Below are positions 9,960-23,437 of a DNA stretch of 36,070 nt, piece by piece. Source of the DNA: Jimgerdemannia flammicorona (Eukaryota); assembly GCA_003990765.1 (NCBI GenBank), contig RBNJ01000230.1, forward strand, positions 1 through 36,070, written 5' to 3'. Both the position numbers and the translations under genes were made by a program. How positions within the stretch are numbered: position 1 is the first letter of the stretch; each line of letters starts with the position of its first letter. The notes under the pieces were generated by a model that saw only the letters and a list, made by a program, of their open reading frames with translations, had not been told where the DNA came from and searched no databases.

Positions 9960-12900
9960 TCCATCTCTCTCTGCTAAAGGACAACTCAACCACCCACCAC
10001 CTAAACCCTCCTGCCACTCTTCTTGCAAATACATTTACCAGATTCTGATGATCCCCTCCACTCAATCCCCACCCTCTTTACCAACCATTCAAAATGTCAA
10101 GTATCAACCATTCCCAACATACTATCCTAACTCCAACTGCAACTCACTGGCCCCTCTCAAAGACATGAAGCCAATGACTGATCAGCCTTACTCAAATTAC
10201 TAGAGCCCAACCCAAGGTCAGCTATTCATTTCTGATTCTACTCACTAATCTTTGCCAGAGGTCCCTCCATCTCTCTCCTTCTCTCCCCACCAGGGGCCAC
10301 AATCTCAGTCTACTAGTAATACTATACCAAAACTCCTCCAAAACTTCACACATCCCTAGCCAATGTTCAGGCATTTGTACCACTTCCCCCTCCTGGCCAA
10401 TGTCCATACATTTCTTATACTCAAATGTGCCATCTACCACCAAGTATTCTGACTGATAGTTCAGTATCATATTCCACCTTAGGAACCTCCACTATACCAT
10501 CTAGAACTTGGGGGGAAGTCACTACATCATCTGCTTGCTCCAATACCAAATACTATTTCAGTCACACTCCTTGCCAATCTCCACCCTTTGCTATGCTCTA
10601 GGCCACACATCTTCCCTGAGCCCCCACATATATTTTATCTCATTGCTAAGCTGAAAATCCTCCACCAATGAACCTTCCAGCAGTAGCTGGTCCTATCTCT
10701 ACATCTGTGGTCTCCAGTTCTCCTCCCTCTTATCATCTCTCTACCAAAGTCTAATTCTTCTTGCACTATCCACCACTATCTACCAAAAGTCTTTATAATG
10801 CATCTTCCTGCTCTCATCCATGGCCACCATTACAAGCAGATCACCAGTCACTCCACAAGGAGAATACTAGACTTCCCACATAAGTGGTATCCACTCTTGA
10901 CCTCTTAACTTGTTTGCTCTTTTCAGCCACCAAGCTCTCAGACAATATAGGTACTTGGTAAAGTCTATCAAGCCTAGCCCACCTCTGTCAACAGGCAGAG
11001 TCAGAACCTCCCAGCCTATCTGACTTTGCTGCCTGACCCAAATCCATGATCTTACTATCTTCAGAAGTTGCCTGACCACCTATACCAGAAAGTCTAGATG
11101 ATACCTCACATATCACAGCTTTGGCAGCCAATACACATTCAGCACTATCACCCTTCTTGCTAAGGATATATACTGACCACCTCATCTTAAGAGAATATTT
11201 CCCCATACTAGTAGCCACTGTTCCTACCATATATGGAGTAGAAGGGACCCATATACCAAAAAGTATATCCTCAAGTACCAGACCAGTTCTCCTACTGGAA
11301 CCACTGTTTCAATTATGTCACTACCAACTATTCTACTATCAAGCACCAGAGTCTCATATTTGTACTAGTTAAGTTGAGCACCTGAGCCTCTCTCATACTA
11401 TTTTACAGTCCTTCTTAATTTCTCCACATCTTCTAATGAACTCAGTCTAACTACCATATTATCTACAAAAGCCCCAACCTTCTAGTTAATCCCCAGAATA
11501 TCCAAACCTCCAATTTGATACCAGATTCTATCCAATAGAGGCTCTAAGAAAAGGGCATATAGGATGGGTAACAGAGGATCCCCTTGTAGCACCCCATGAC
11601 CTAGTAGAAAAGTCACACCCCTGTGCCCATTCACTACTAATACTGCTTGACTGTTCTCCAATAGACTGATTAATGACCTCCTGAACTCTGGGGGAACTCC
11701 TACATACTTTAGCACTCTCTCCAGCCAGACTCTCCTCACCCTGTCATACACCTTCTCCTGATCCAGAAACACTAACCAGCCATCAACCCCAGCCATCTGA
11801 GTCCCTTCAATCACTCCATGGACTCAGGCAGTTCTATCTCAGATCAACTGACCACTAACAAATCCCCTCTGCTCCACTCTTAGTACCTACTGAGTGATCT
11901 TCTGCAGCCTAGTCATCAAGATCTTTGTCACTAGCTTATAGTCCATATTCAGGAGCATGATTAGTTTCCAGTTCTTCCAATCTTCTCTCCTCTCCTTGTT
12001 CTTATAGAGTAAAGAGACCAGCTCTAGGTGCTGGCCCCCCATCCAAGTTCCAGATTGAAAGACCTTATCACTCATTGCTATCATCTCCTCCAATATCCCC
12101 TCCACCCCCACTATCTTCTTCCAAAAATCCCAGGAAAGCTCATCCTCTCCTAGAGCTATCCCCATACTTATTGAAGATAAGACCTTGTGAACTTCCTCCC
12201 CCTGCACTGGATCTCCTAGTATCTCCAAGTCCAGTGCTAGGTCTGAATCCAATCTTCCAACTGCTGTTCAATGTTCAGGGTATCCTCACCTCTCTCTTCA
12301 TCACTCTATAAATTCCTCTAGCAAGTTCTCAGCAATCCCAAAATCATAAGAGTCCTTGCCACCATCTCTCTATCCTCATCCAAAATACTATTCTACTGCT
12401 GTCTAGTTCTCTGAGCTTGGAGCAACTATAAAAGAAATCTAGTAGGTCTCTCCTCCTCCTCCAATCTCTGCCACTGCAACCTTGCTACTATCCCCTTCAG
12501 CTGAACCTCTTTCTCCATTCATAGCACTTTCTTTAGATCATCAACTTCTTTTTGTATCTGCAGAATTTGCCAGTTGGCTGCCCTCCAATCATTCAGTGAC
12601 CCCATTTACCTCTCCAGAAGCACTGCTAACCTCTGTGAAGCTCATTATACTTACTGCCTCTGCTGAGCACTTCTTCCTTTCCCTGCCTCTCTCTAGTATC
12701 TCTGAGCACTTGACTTCAGCTGCCACTAGTGATCCCTATTCACTAACCCCTGCTCCTGTCAACTACCAATTATCTCAATAACCTCCATGCTACCTATAAG
12801 GAACCATCCTCCAACAAAGAAGAATTCAGTTGTCAATATCCAGGCCTATCTCCATATCTCCCAAATCTTTCACTCCCTATCAGACCCCAGTGATCCAACC

Positions 12901-13569
12901 ATGGGCACTAAACCACCTCTAGTATGTCCCAGATACCTACTCTCCAGCACTCTGCCATTAATACTCAGTTGATCCTGGAGCCCAGCCCTGCCACCCAGTG
13001 AGTATAAATTTAGCAATCCACCCAAAACTGTTGCCCCAAGTCAACCAAGAAGCTCAACCTCTCAATCTCTATCCAGTCACCAACTTGCCACTTCTGCCTC
13101 TCATTCCTCTCCTACCATCAGTTATATTTATCCCATTATCATATACTATATTGAAATCATCCCCCAGGCAATCAATCCCCACCTTACCCATAACACCAGC
13201 CTCTCTCAAGTCTCTGATCCAATCTACATATTCCCCCCTCTCAGCTGAGCAATAATACAATCCAATAGTCAAAGAGTTTCACCCAGGCCTCTTCTATACT
13301 CCCCACACCAACCTACTCCCCCAATGTCCAATATCTCCAATGTCTCCCATCTCCTTTTGAACCAGAATAGCCACCTGCCTAGTCCATATAGCTGCCTGAC
13401 CCCATTTCCTAGTCCAGTCCTATAAGTCTATATCTGCCTCATATTGTACATTCTGTAGTAGGAAGAGATCTGCATCCAGACCCTTCAACCAGCCAAAGAT
13501 ATTCCTTCACCATGTCACTTCCCTCAACCTATTTATATTTAAAGAAAAGATTCTAGTTGTACTATTTAT
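9960..13569 (-). pseudogene. LINE2 ORF2 (APE-RT-CCHC), many stops
   Basis: Decayed start (M)NSTTRIFSLN at 13569; DDFN, FLDQEKVYD, QGDPLLP, GAFVDNMV, PEHWLGMCEV. The 3' boundary is approximate. Confidence 0.88.
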
Positions 13570-13599
13570 ATTGAATAATATTTGATATAGAGATCTCAG

Positions 13600-15430
13600 T
13601 CTAGAATTCCATACTCCTCCTATTTCCATCTAGATCCAAGTACTACTCCACCTCCAACTCATCTTCCATTACAGCCTGAGCATCTAATATCTCTAAGATT
13701 TCTTGATACTCTGCCTCATCTACTATCTCAAATTCTGCCCAATAGTCCATACATACCACCCTCCACTTCTCTAATCCCTTTCTTGAACCCTACAAGTATA
13801 CTGCTTAATTATTTGCAATCTCTCAAAGTTTCTTCTCTCTCTGACCATCTACTTGATATTCAACTAACTCCAGGAGCACTACTAGGATCTCATTCCTAAC
13901 CTTTCTTGGCACCTCCTCTTTCTGGAGAATTTCCTCCCAGTGCCTATTGCTCATGATCCAGAAGTCCTCTCTCCTCAGCTTCTCAGCTACCACCCCCTCC
14001 AGAGTCTTCTATAGCCACTTCTCCTCATCTACTGCCTCTGCAACACCCTGGGCAACCCCTTTGACCTCCACCACAGGGTCCACTAAGGTGCTCCTCCTCA
14101 CTGATTCATCTCACTCCTCCTCTAGTACATCCTATAATTCCTTCTTACCACTTGCCCCATAAGAGACATCATACTGAGGGTGTACTTCCTCACTCATTTT
14201 GGCATTCTCCATTATGCTGCCCTGTCTCTCCTCACCTAAACTCTCTTGGGCCACACCTTGGACCATCCTGCTCTCTCCAGCCCAGGCACTCTCCCTCAAT
14301 CTGGCTCTACCTTCTTTGGCACTGCTGTCTGCTACACCTTCTCCCAATTTTGTCAGAAGCTCCTTCTGGATATGCCTCTCCTACATCTTCTCCTAGGCCA
14401 CCCATTCTATCCTGATCTTCTTATCATCCACAATCTCCACTACTATCTTCACCTCATACTTCTTCCAAGCCAATCTTCTCCTCTCTATGGCTCCTGCCAG
14501 ATCCTTAAGAGTCTCCAGCAAGTCCTCCTCTTCCTCCAGCATCCCTTTTACCTATGAGACTTTGCATTCCACCAGTCCCCACTTAAGAGTCACTGGTCAG
14601 TCTCTTGTCTTCCCCATATTCTTCTTTTCAGCTAGCCTCACCTGGACATCTATGTATTCTGTCTGGAGTTCAGTATCCCAAGACTCTGAACCCAATATCG
14701 ATAATCTCTCCATACTCCTTGACCATCTCCACAATCAACTTCCTGGCCCTCTCTCTCAACACTGTAGGAAGATTCAACACCATCAACTACACCACTCAGG
14801 GGTCCCAGTACATATATCTTACCATAGGAACTACTACTCCATCTACTTCTACCCCCTTCTCCACAGTCTCTAGCATCAATACCTCTGCCTCAAATTCAAT
14901 CTCAACTTCTTCTTTCCCCTTCAAGAACTTCACCAAAGCTGCCCCCTTCACCTCCTGTACCACCAGCCCCAAAATCATTCTTGTAGTCACTGCTAAGCCT
15001 CAAAAGTACAATGTGATGATGAATTCTGACCTCAAGATTTTGAGTAATGGTGCTGACACCATACTAGTCATACTATCTACCAGGTCCCCAGGCCTCATGC
15101 CTTCTCTCTATTCTGATCTGCCAATAACCATCACATCTGGATTTTTTTTCCAGATCCTCAGTCATAGCTCTATCAGCAGTCACATCACTAGTCCCTACTC
15201 CCCCCCCCTCCCTACTACCTGACTCTCCTATGGAGGCCCCTTTCTGTCTCTCAGCTGAAGCTGTTGACATCTTCCCCAGTCTCAACCAACTATCCAGACC
15301 AGATACTATTCTCCCCATCCTGACCTTGTTGGCAAAGATTGCCCTCCCCTCTCCTTGTTGTCTCAATTCACCCCTCCCTCCACCACCAGTGCCATGACCA
15401 ACCATAGGAGGCTCCAGCATCTCCAAACTG
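13600..15430 (-). pseudogene. LINE2 ORF1, decayed
   Basis: Fragments 14796-14990 and 15073-15426 align to LINE1 ORF1. Boundaries are approximate. Confidence 0.8.
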
Positions 15431-15621
15431 TCTCTTTGCCTCCTTCCAACTTGCTGCTAGCTGAAGACACTGCTGCCCCCCTGACTGATATGCTCACTAG
15501 TATATTCATTGCTGTCTATGTTAATAGTCTCCTTTTATTAAAAACATTGTAGAAAGTATTGTCTGAGTCTTGTGTCACCTTAATATTACTGGTGAAAGGT
15601 ATTCTTATTGATATATCTTGA

Positions 15622-17678
15622 TATAAGAGGATTACTTATTAGAGTAACCATTATATAGTTCTGGAAGGGGTTTTCTGGAAGTTCTGGATATTCTAAAAGA
15701 CCATTTCCTTTAGGTTAAGATCAATTTCATATGGAGTATATCCTCTATACTTATTGATTTTAAGATTGGATTGATGTCTCAACCAAAGTCCTTATTCAGA
15801 CTAGTTCTGGATGTTTAGGATTTTCTGTATTTCAGGAAGTTCAAGAAACTAAGACCAGCTTAGTTGAATTGGCATGTTACTACAGACAATACCTAATTAG
15901 GAAATTTCATAATGGGGTTAGGAGTGGGACCTAACAGGGAGTGGATTTACTTAAGAGTGGTTTATAGATTATTAAATAGGTTTATTCACTATTTATGATA
16001 TTGCTATACTAGGAGTAGTTATATAAAGAGATATTGGGAAAGTGTTCAGGAGTTATATTCAGATTGTTCTGTATATTCAAGTCTGAGATTCTGAGGTCTA
16101 GAGAAGGGGGTATTTATACTAATAGGAGGCTATCTGGACTATGCTAATATGAATGTAGCACTTAGTGCCTTACTGAGTTGGAATGTAGTCACATAGTACA
16201 AGTGTGATCTGATATATCAAGAGATCATTTAACTGCTGAGTCAGTTCATAGTCATATCATATGTATAAGGCTAATCTAACTATACTAATAACTGTTAAGC
16301 TATCTATAGATTTAGATACTGTCTGAGTAGTTTTTGATGACATTACTATCAATGATATCATCTCTGAAGAAGTAGTTATCTAGAAAGAGTTGTTCTCAGA
16401 TTACTTCTCTCTATTTGCTCAAGTAATAATATATTGGAACCTCATCACTATTCCACAGGATAGCATCATCTACCTCATATACTGAGTATAGAGTTGGTGA
16501 GTAAAGTAGGAGTGCATTGTCTTTGCTTTCATCAGATTTACTATCTGTATATCTTCTATAAGTTATAGCAATATATATTACTGGGTTGTAGTAAGCTAGC
16601 AGCTGTTGTTCATGTCACTTGTACTCAGATGGTAGGGTTGTTAGTTCAATCTTAAGGGTTGTCTGGAGGTATAGATTGTATTCTTTAGTCTCTTCATTAT
16701 AGTTGAAGTAATTGGGAGTAAATGCAGATTGGTACTCATGCTAGTAGTCATCATTTCAATAGGTCTTGTAGGTAGTTATGAACTATTATAAGTTCATTGG
16801 CAATATCAGTGGAGTGATCAGAATTGGTAGAGATTCTTGACTAGAGATCATATTGATATCAGAGAGATCATTATCTTCTGCTTTATCATCATCAAATCAG
16901 ATTATATCATAGACATCCTTCATGGTATATCCAACTTGATTATAAAAAAAAATGTGGTTGTTGGGATACAGGAAGGTTCTGTCTATAGTTTGAATATACT
17001 TGATATACTTGTGGTTGAGTTCTTGTACCATATCATCAATTTGGCTATAGGACAGAGTGGTAATCATTTCAGTGGTAGTAACTTGGAGGTAGGAAATAAA
17101 GGTGCTATACTTATAGAAGAGTTCTCAGTGTTTGCAGGTAATGAGTTTCTGGTGTTGGGACATCTGAGTAATATCTGTATCATGGTAGTGTTTGACCATA
17201 TCTTCCAGGAGATATGTATCTGATCTGGTAGTAGCTTGAGATTTATCTGATTCAGTGGACTTCATTGAGCATGTTTAGGGCATTCTATTGGGCTTCCATA
17301 AAGTAGAGAGGTGCAAGACTATGAATATTCATGAGGGGTAGAGAGAGTGTGGCTTGGTTGACAATGGTATTCCAAATATTAGTGCAGATGTAATTGTAGA
17401 TTTCAGTGATCATATTGTATATATATTCAAAAGTTAGGATTGTTTATTTGGTTTGTTGTAGTTCTCTATTTCAATATGTCTAAATGCTTAGTATATATAT
17501 ATTTGGTCCTGATTGATAAGATTTTGTTTATATAAATCTTATATTCTATGACTTTGAGTTGACTCAGCTTTGTGCACTATGACTTCAGTTTGACTCAGCT
17601 TCATGATCTTGTATGTGATTTCTGGATTTGTTCAGAGGTTGCATATGATTTCTGTAGCTTGAAGGTTGTGTACTTACA
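15622..17678 (-). repeat. B 3' LTR (about 2057 bp)
   Basis: Colinear with 30024-32073. Ends T(G>A)TAAG...CTTACA; - strand TATA box near 16111. Confidence 0.93.
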
Positions 17679-17693
17679 ACTATCCCCTTTTTA
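17679..17693 (-). other. polypurine tract of B
   Basis: The - strand reads TAAAAAGGGGATAGT directly before the LTR TGTAAG. Confidence 0.85.
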
Positions 17694-18154
17694 GCTTTTA
17701 ACATCCTCATTGAGGTTTTCTAATTTAATCTAGTGTTGTTATACTGTTTGGATGATCAAAAGTCTAGTAATATTCATTTTTCTCAGAAAGTAGCATGCTT
17801 GTAGGACAGTTGCCTAACACATTGGATTCATACATTAAAGAGTCATATATTTAATACCATGTACCAGAAGTGATTCTGATATCATTCACTGCTGGAGAAT
17901 TTTCTCTAAGGAATCTTCTTAAATATCTATACCTCATTTTCCATCAGTGGTATAGGGAGAATAGGCTGGCTTTCAGTTTTGTTGTTTTTCTAGAGGGTCA
18001 GTATTCTTTTGTCTTGACTTACTAAGTTTTTGATTTTATTCATAATAGTTATAAGGGTACTTAATATTCAGGAGGAGTAATATATAGTATAGGACTAATT
18101 AGTATTAGAGTATTTAGGTTTCAGTTGTTCAAAGAATCATATTCTTGAACTAGG

Positions 18155-18290
18155 TCAGTAGCATTCTGGAGATTGGTTTTGGATTCCTATATTACATCAT
18201 GGATTAGATAACCTTTCTATTTGACAAGGTATTCTGGATAGTTCTTGTGGCTGTATTTATTGAGGATTTGTTCAACTTCATATTCTTCTT
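18155..18290 (-). pseudogene. chromodomain at the integrase C-terminus of B
   Basis: EEYEVEQILNK...EYLVK*KGY...DVI*ESKTNLQNA matches the YEVE.I...YLVKWKGY...TWEP..NL consensus. Confidence 0.9.
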
Positions 18291-20460
18291 GGTCATTAAT
18301 AATGATAGATGCAGGTGGTTTTATAGTTTGGTTTGAGAATAGCTTGTTATAATTTTCATTGTATCACTTGAGATATTGGACATTGAAGACTGGGTAAATC
18401 TTAATGGTATCTGATAGTACCAATTTGTAGGAAGTTGGAGAGACTTGTGTGATGACTTCGAATGATCCAATAAATTTGCTCTTCAGCTTTGTAGATGGTT
18501 AGTACTTGAAGTTATCAACTTAGTATCCTCAGATATCTAGTAGGACTTTTTCTCTGATATCAAATATTTCTCCTTATCAGTACTGATTAATATACTGTGA
18601 CTATTGTTCTTGAGCTTGGGATAAATTCTCAATTATGATCTGACTTAGATTGTGTATTCAGAGTAGGAATTCTTCAATAGCTTTGACAGTGGAGGATTCA
18701 TCAGTGGTTCAGATAAGTGTCAGAGAGGTGTTTGGGTTTTGTTCTATATTGGTGAAGAACAGAGTCATTCCAAGAGAGGCTTGCTTGCTGTTGTTATAGG
18801 CAAACTTGACTGTAGTAAGGTATTCATGCCAATTATCTTGTCTGTAGGAAATATAGTTCCTTAGTATTTATTCCAGAGTTTAGTTCATTATTTTAGTTTA
18901 GCTATCAGTTTCAGAGTAAAAGGCTGTAGATAGTATAAGTTTCATTCCAAGGTGTGAATGGAGGGTTTTTCAAAAGTGGCTGGTGAATTTTGGATCATAG
19001 TCACTAATAATGATCTTGGGAAGACCATGATAGTTGAAGATATTGTCAAACAAGAGTATATCAATTTTGGATACTGTTGCAGTGGTAGTAGTAGGTATAA
19101 AATAGGCTTATTTGCTAAGATAGTCTATGAAAACAACAATTGCATCTTTCTTATTCTTGGTTTGGGGTAGTTATACAATGAAGTCCATAGAGATTTATTT
19201 CCAATTAGCAGATAGTACTGAGATAGGGTAAAGTAGGCCAGGTTTTGCTAGTGTTGAGAACTTATTACATTGGTAAGTATTATAGGAAGTGATGTAGATC
19301 TTTAGCTGATCTGTCATATGGGGCCAATAGAAGTTTTGGGAAATAACTTTATAGTATTTGTCAAATTCTAAATGTCTGGCTGTAGGGGTATTATGACATT
19401 CAAATAGGATGGTTCTTGATTGTTTGGAACATACAATCTGTCCTTATAGTAGATAGTATTGTTCTTTAGTTAGTATTGATGATATTGAGTATATTTGTCA
19501 ATATCATCACTGCTCAGGATTTTGTAGAGTACTTGAGCTTCTTTATCATCAATATATGCTGTGATGATTTATTCTATGATAGAGTTGGTAACCAAGGTGA
19601 GAGTTTGGATAACCTCTTTGATTGATAGTCTAGAGATTGTATCAGCAATAATATTTTCCTTACTAGGGTAATACTGGATTTCATAGTTAAAGTTAGTGAG
19701 GACTTTCATCCATCTGGCTTGCTTTTGGAAAAGGGTAGCCTGGGTCTTGATATTGACTAATGACTTGTGATCTATCAATATAGTGAAGTATGCTCCTTCA
19801 AGATAGAGTTGCTATTTAATCAGGGTGTCTATGATGGCTAACATTTCCTTCTCATGGGTTATATACATAGTTGATTTTGGCATCATGAGTAATAGGCCAC
19901 AGGGTGTCCTTCTTGTATGAGCACTGCTCCAAGAGCTAGGTCAGAGGTATCAGTAGTAACTTTATAAGGTAGAGCAGGGTTTGCTGCTTGAAGTACTGGG
20001 GTAGTTATTAAGGTATCTTTTAGTGCTTGAAAGGCTGTATCTTGTTTAGGTCTCCAATTTACAAGATTATTGAAGTCTCTTTCTTACTTTATAGTTTAAG
20101 GCTGTTCTTCTTTTTTACTATGCTTGGTCATTTGGGTGAGAGCAGTAGTGATCTTGGAGAAGTTTGTAACAAATCACCAGTAATAATTTACTAGTTCCAG
20201 GAATGACTAGAGGTATTTTAGCTTCTTGGGTCTGGGTCAATCCTTGATTGCAGAGATTTTGCTGGGGTCTACTTTGATTCCATTTAGCATGACAATTTAT
20301 CTAAGGAATTGAATTTCCTTCAGGAGGAATTCACATTTGCTGAGTTTTGTAAAGAGTTTGTTTTCTTGGAGTTTCAGTAGTACTAGTTCAAGGTGTTTAA
20401 GATATTCCTCCAGGGTTTTGCTGAAGACCAGGATGTCATCAATATAGACAACAACAAATT
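18291..20460 (-). pseudogene. B pol, 3' part: RT from VYIDD, RNase H, integrase
   Basis: FVVVYIDDILVFS (20421-20458), KLSKCEF, RNase H VTTDTSDLALGAVL (about 19920-19965), integrase HNTPTARH, DPKFTSHF, STAFYSETD. Confidence 0.9.
20446..20460 (+). repeat. LINE3 TSD, left copy (right copy 26282-26296)
   Basis: agacaacaacaaatt vs agacaataacaaatt (14/15). Confidence 0.9.
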
Positions 20461-20656
20461 GGACTTCTTTCCCTCAAACCATACCAGTCAAAAGGTCTGG
20501 GTGAAAATTAGATCTCTATAGTATAGGAGAAGAGAGGCCATCAGTATCCCAAGATTGGGTGTGCTAGAAGTGGTGAGAGAAGAGGAGTCTAATGGTGTCA
20601 AGTTGCTCCAATCTCAACTACAGTTTTTAAGAATTCAAGGTTTCCATTATTTCATG

Positions 20657-20870
20657 GGCCAGATGGTGTGATGCAGACTCTGGGAGCCACTAGCAATAAT
20701 TCAAGAAGATGAAGAGTCTTTCTTTCAGTAATGTGGCTGGCTTTGTAGTGAGCATCTAACTCACTAGCATGCTCTGGTGGACTAGGAGATGTGGGTTAGG
20801 CCCTTAGACTTTCTTTCACTTAGGGGAGACTCTCACTGCATTTTCAAGACATAGAGGTATATCAGGAGAT
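20657..20870 (+). repeat. 214-bp direct duplication of target flanking the PLE (second copy 25310-25523)
   Basis: Ungapped match with 10 differences by my count, all transitions. Confidence 0.93.
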
Positions 20871-21325
20871 GAGGAGGAAGAAGGCCCAGCGAGAGCCAAG
20901 AGAGCGAACCCAGAGCCAGTGTCAAAGTGAATGGAAGACATGTGGAAAGGTGTATATAAGGGAGATGAACAAAGAACATAACCAAATTTGCATCAGCCAT
21001 TTATTGCCATGTAAAAATATGGTCCTTATATACAAAATATGACATCCCAAAAGGAAGGATGCACCACAACTTGGGGCAAACTGAATTAGGAACCACATGA
21101 CCACCAGAGATAGGTGGAGATAAAGGGAGAGCCAATCCCAGTTGCAGGATAAAAATCACAAACAAACACAAATAAAACAAATCCAAATCGAGATTAAAAA
21201 ACATCCGCAGATCCTGGAGGGGTGAGTATGAGCAAGGGGTGAGGCTGAAATGGAGCGAGCCATAGTGAGCCTGAGCGAAGCAAGGGGCCAAAGGTAGCAG
21301 AGGAGAGCAGAGTAAGGCCGAGACC

Positions 21326-23437
21326 CTAGAGTGAGCGCGAGACCCCAGAGGGGGCAAGGATGTTTTTTAATCCTCTCCAGCAGAGCTGAAGGCACCAGAA
21401 GGTGATGAAAACGCAAAACGAGAGTGATGGATTAAAGAAGAAATAGAAGGAAGACGTGAATGAGCAATCAGAGGGTGTCAAGAGAGATGAAAGTCCATAG
21501 CATGAAAGAGAAGAGTGCAGGACAGTATCAGGGCATTGAGCAACATCAAATGGTATGACAAGAATCAGGGGTGGGAAAGAAGAGGGGATATAGAGAGGGT
21601 AAGGGGGGAGGGAGGGAAGAGAGGGGGGGTAAAGAGGAGAGAGAAGGGAAGAGCAAACAACAGACCATTCAACAGAAGCAAGCAGATTGCGAATGATAGA
21701 AATAGAGTAGGTACGATGATGGACCACAAAGTTGCCAAGAACCTGAACAGCAGACACCCAATCAGAATGATGGGAGCAGCATAGTACAAGATGATGAGCC
21801 TCACCATAAATATATTCAAGAAGAGTGCAATGAGGATGATTGGACAAGAAGTCAGGGAACTGTTAGGAACAGGGAAAACAGGAATAAACAACAGTTTGGA
21901 AAGGAGAAAGAGAAATGGAAAGGTCCAAAAAGGGGATACTAGTCATACCATACACCCAGATAATAGAATGGTGGGGAGGGTAGATGCCCAGGAACATACT
22001 AGGGATATCAATATCAGCAACAGTGAAGACAATAAAGTCATCAATGTATCGGCAAAAGAAGATATCCCCAGCCCAGAATGCAATGGAAAGAGGTGAAGTA
22101 ATATCATGTAACACATACAATTCATGGGCCAGGCCAACGAGGTTGGCAAGGGTGGGGGCACAATTCATTCCCATGGCAATATCAGAAGTCTGGTGAAAGG
22201 AGCCAAGGGCTGACTCAAAATAATTAGAGCCACAGACAAGGAGCATAAGCTCAACAATGGAAGCCAGTGAAACTGGGGAATCCAAAGGAAAAACAATAGA
22301 ACCCAAGAAGCAAAGGCAATCATTGATCTTATCAAAATGAATAGCAGTATAAAAGGAGGAGAAGTCACCAGAGGCCAAATGGGAAAAATGGTGAATAGGC
22401 ACAATGGTGGAGCAGAGAAGGGCAAGCTCCTGAGTATCATGAAGAATAGTATACTCAGGCCCAAGACAGTGTTGTAAGAGAGCCATCCAGGAGAGAAAGA
22501 AGTGGGATAACCACTTTGAAATCTCAGTGGTAGGAGAACTGTAAGTAGCTGTAATGGGACGCCAAGCCAAAATAGGCTTGTGAACTTTGGGAAGAGTATA
22601 GAAAACTGGAAGAGAGATATCTAGAGAGGACAAAGAGTCCTGAAAGAAGTTAAAAATGGGGTTTGCGAATAGAGAGTCTGAATGCGATCTGGCATGAGCC
22701 AGAGAAACCCAAAGAAGAGTGAGAATCTCATCCAATTCAAGAGTACTAGGCTCATAAGCTGTGGCTCGAAGGAGGGCAGAAAGGCCATCAAGGTAGAGTG
22801 ACTTTGGAATAAGTGTAAAACCCTGATTCTTATTAGTGACTGTGAGCAAATGCATAGGCAATTGCTTGACCAATTTAAGTGTGGTATGTACAGCACAGTC
22901 TGAAACCAAACAAGAGTGAGCATGTCCAGGAATGGACAGTGAGCAGGCCATGTCGAGGAATATGCAGTGTGAAGAGACATTGGAAGGGAGGACCCAATTG
23001 CTAGGAACAAAATAGCAAGAGGGCATCTCACCACGATCTTGAAAGAAAATGGCAAGGTCAAGAGTATGACAAAAACATATGAGATGAGCCAGATCGGTGA
23101 AAGTGAATTGTGAGGGAGTCACAGGAAAAATGAAGTGAGGACCCAAGGATAAGGCAAAGACTTGAAGGGGAGAAAGAGGGCAGTCAGCCAGAGAAAAAGG
23201 AGGAGACAAAAGAGCTCCAAGAGAAGAGTAAACCTGAAAGTTCAGGACAAGCAACTGGGAAAGGCAAAGGGGGGACAATATGAGGAACCACTCAGGGCAC
23301 ACCAGAAGTGATGATGGAATCCGAGAAGGGACAGGGACACTGGGGGAGAACCACACCAAGGGGAAGTTTAAGAGCAGGAGGCCTTCCCCTTCCCTCTGAC
23401 TTTTTTTGAAGGTAGTGAGCCTGATGAATGGGAGCAC
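21326..23437 (-). pseudogene. PLE reverse transcriptase (one in-frame TAA at 21863-21865)
   Basis: TNKNQG, FYTLPKVHK, WRPI, GDFSSFYT, IAMGMNCAPTLANL, RYIDD, PFLDL, then in the same frame the thumb region SNHP...IYGEAH...CS. No GIY-YIG follows. Confidence 0.9.

Larger units (their letters stand above)
9847..15601 (-). mobile_element. LINE2: full-length, older L1/Tx1-like element related to LINE1
   Basis: Colinear homology to LINE1 across the 5' UTR, ORF1, ORF2 and 3' end (tagtcactcagactttcatttatta vs tagtctcttggacttcgtctttatta). Degraded T tail at 9847-9860. Confidence 0.92.

Noticed and set aside
16837..17223. + strand hydrophobic ORF present in both B LTRs (also 31388-31633)
   Set aside because: It is antisense to the more credible - strand accessory frame, and its boundaries are not conserved between the LTRs.
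20988..21000. Sense-strand CTGATGC in the pLTR as a hammerhead core
   Set aside because: Not CUGANGA, and no stem II plus GAAA follows.
21370..21415. Hammerhead-like string tc-ctct-ccagc-agag-ctgaagg-cacc-agaa-ggtg-atgaaa next to the PLE pLTR
   Set aside because: The core deviates (CUGAAGG, extra AT before GAAA), stem III does not pair, and it lies antisense to the RT. It would need an Infernal hammerhead hit on a family consensus.
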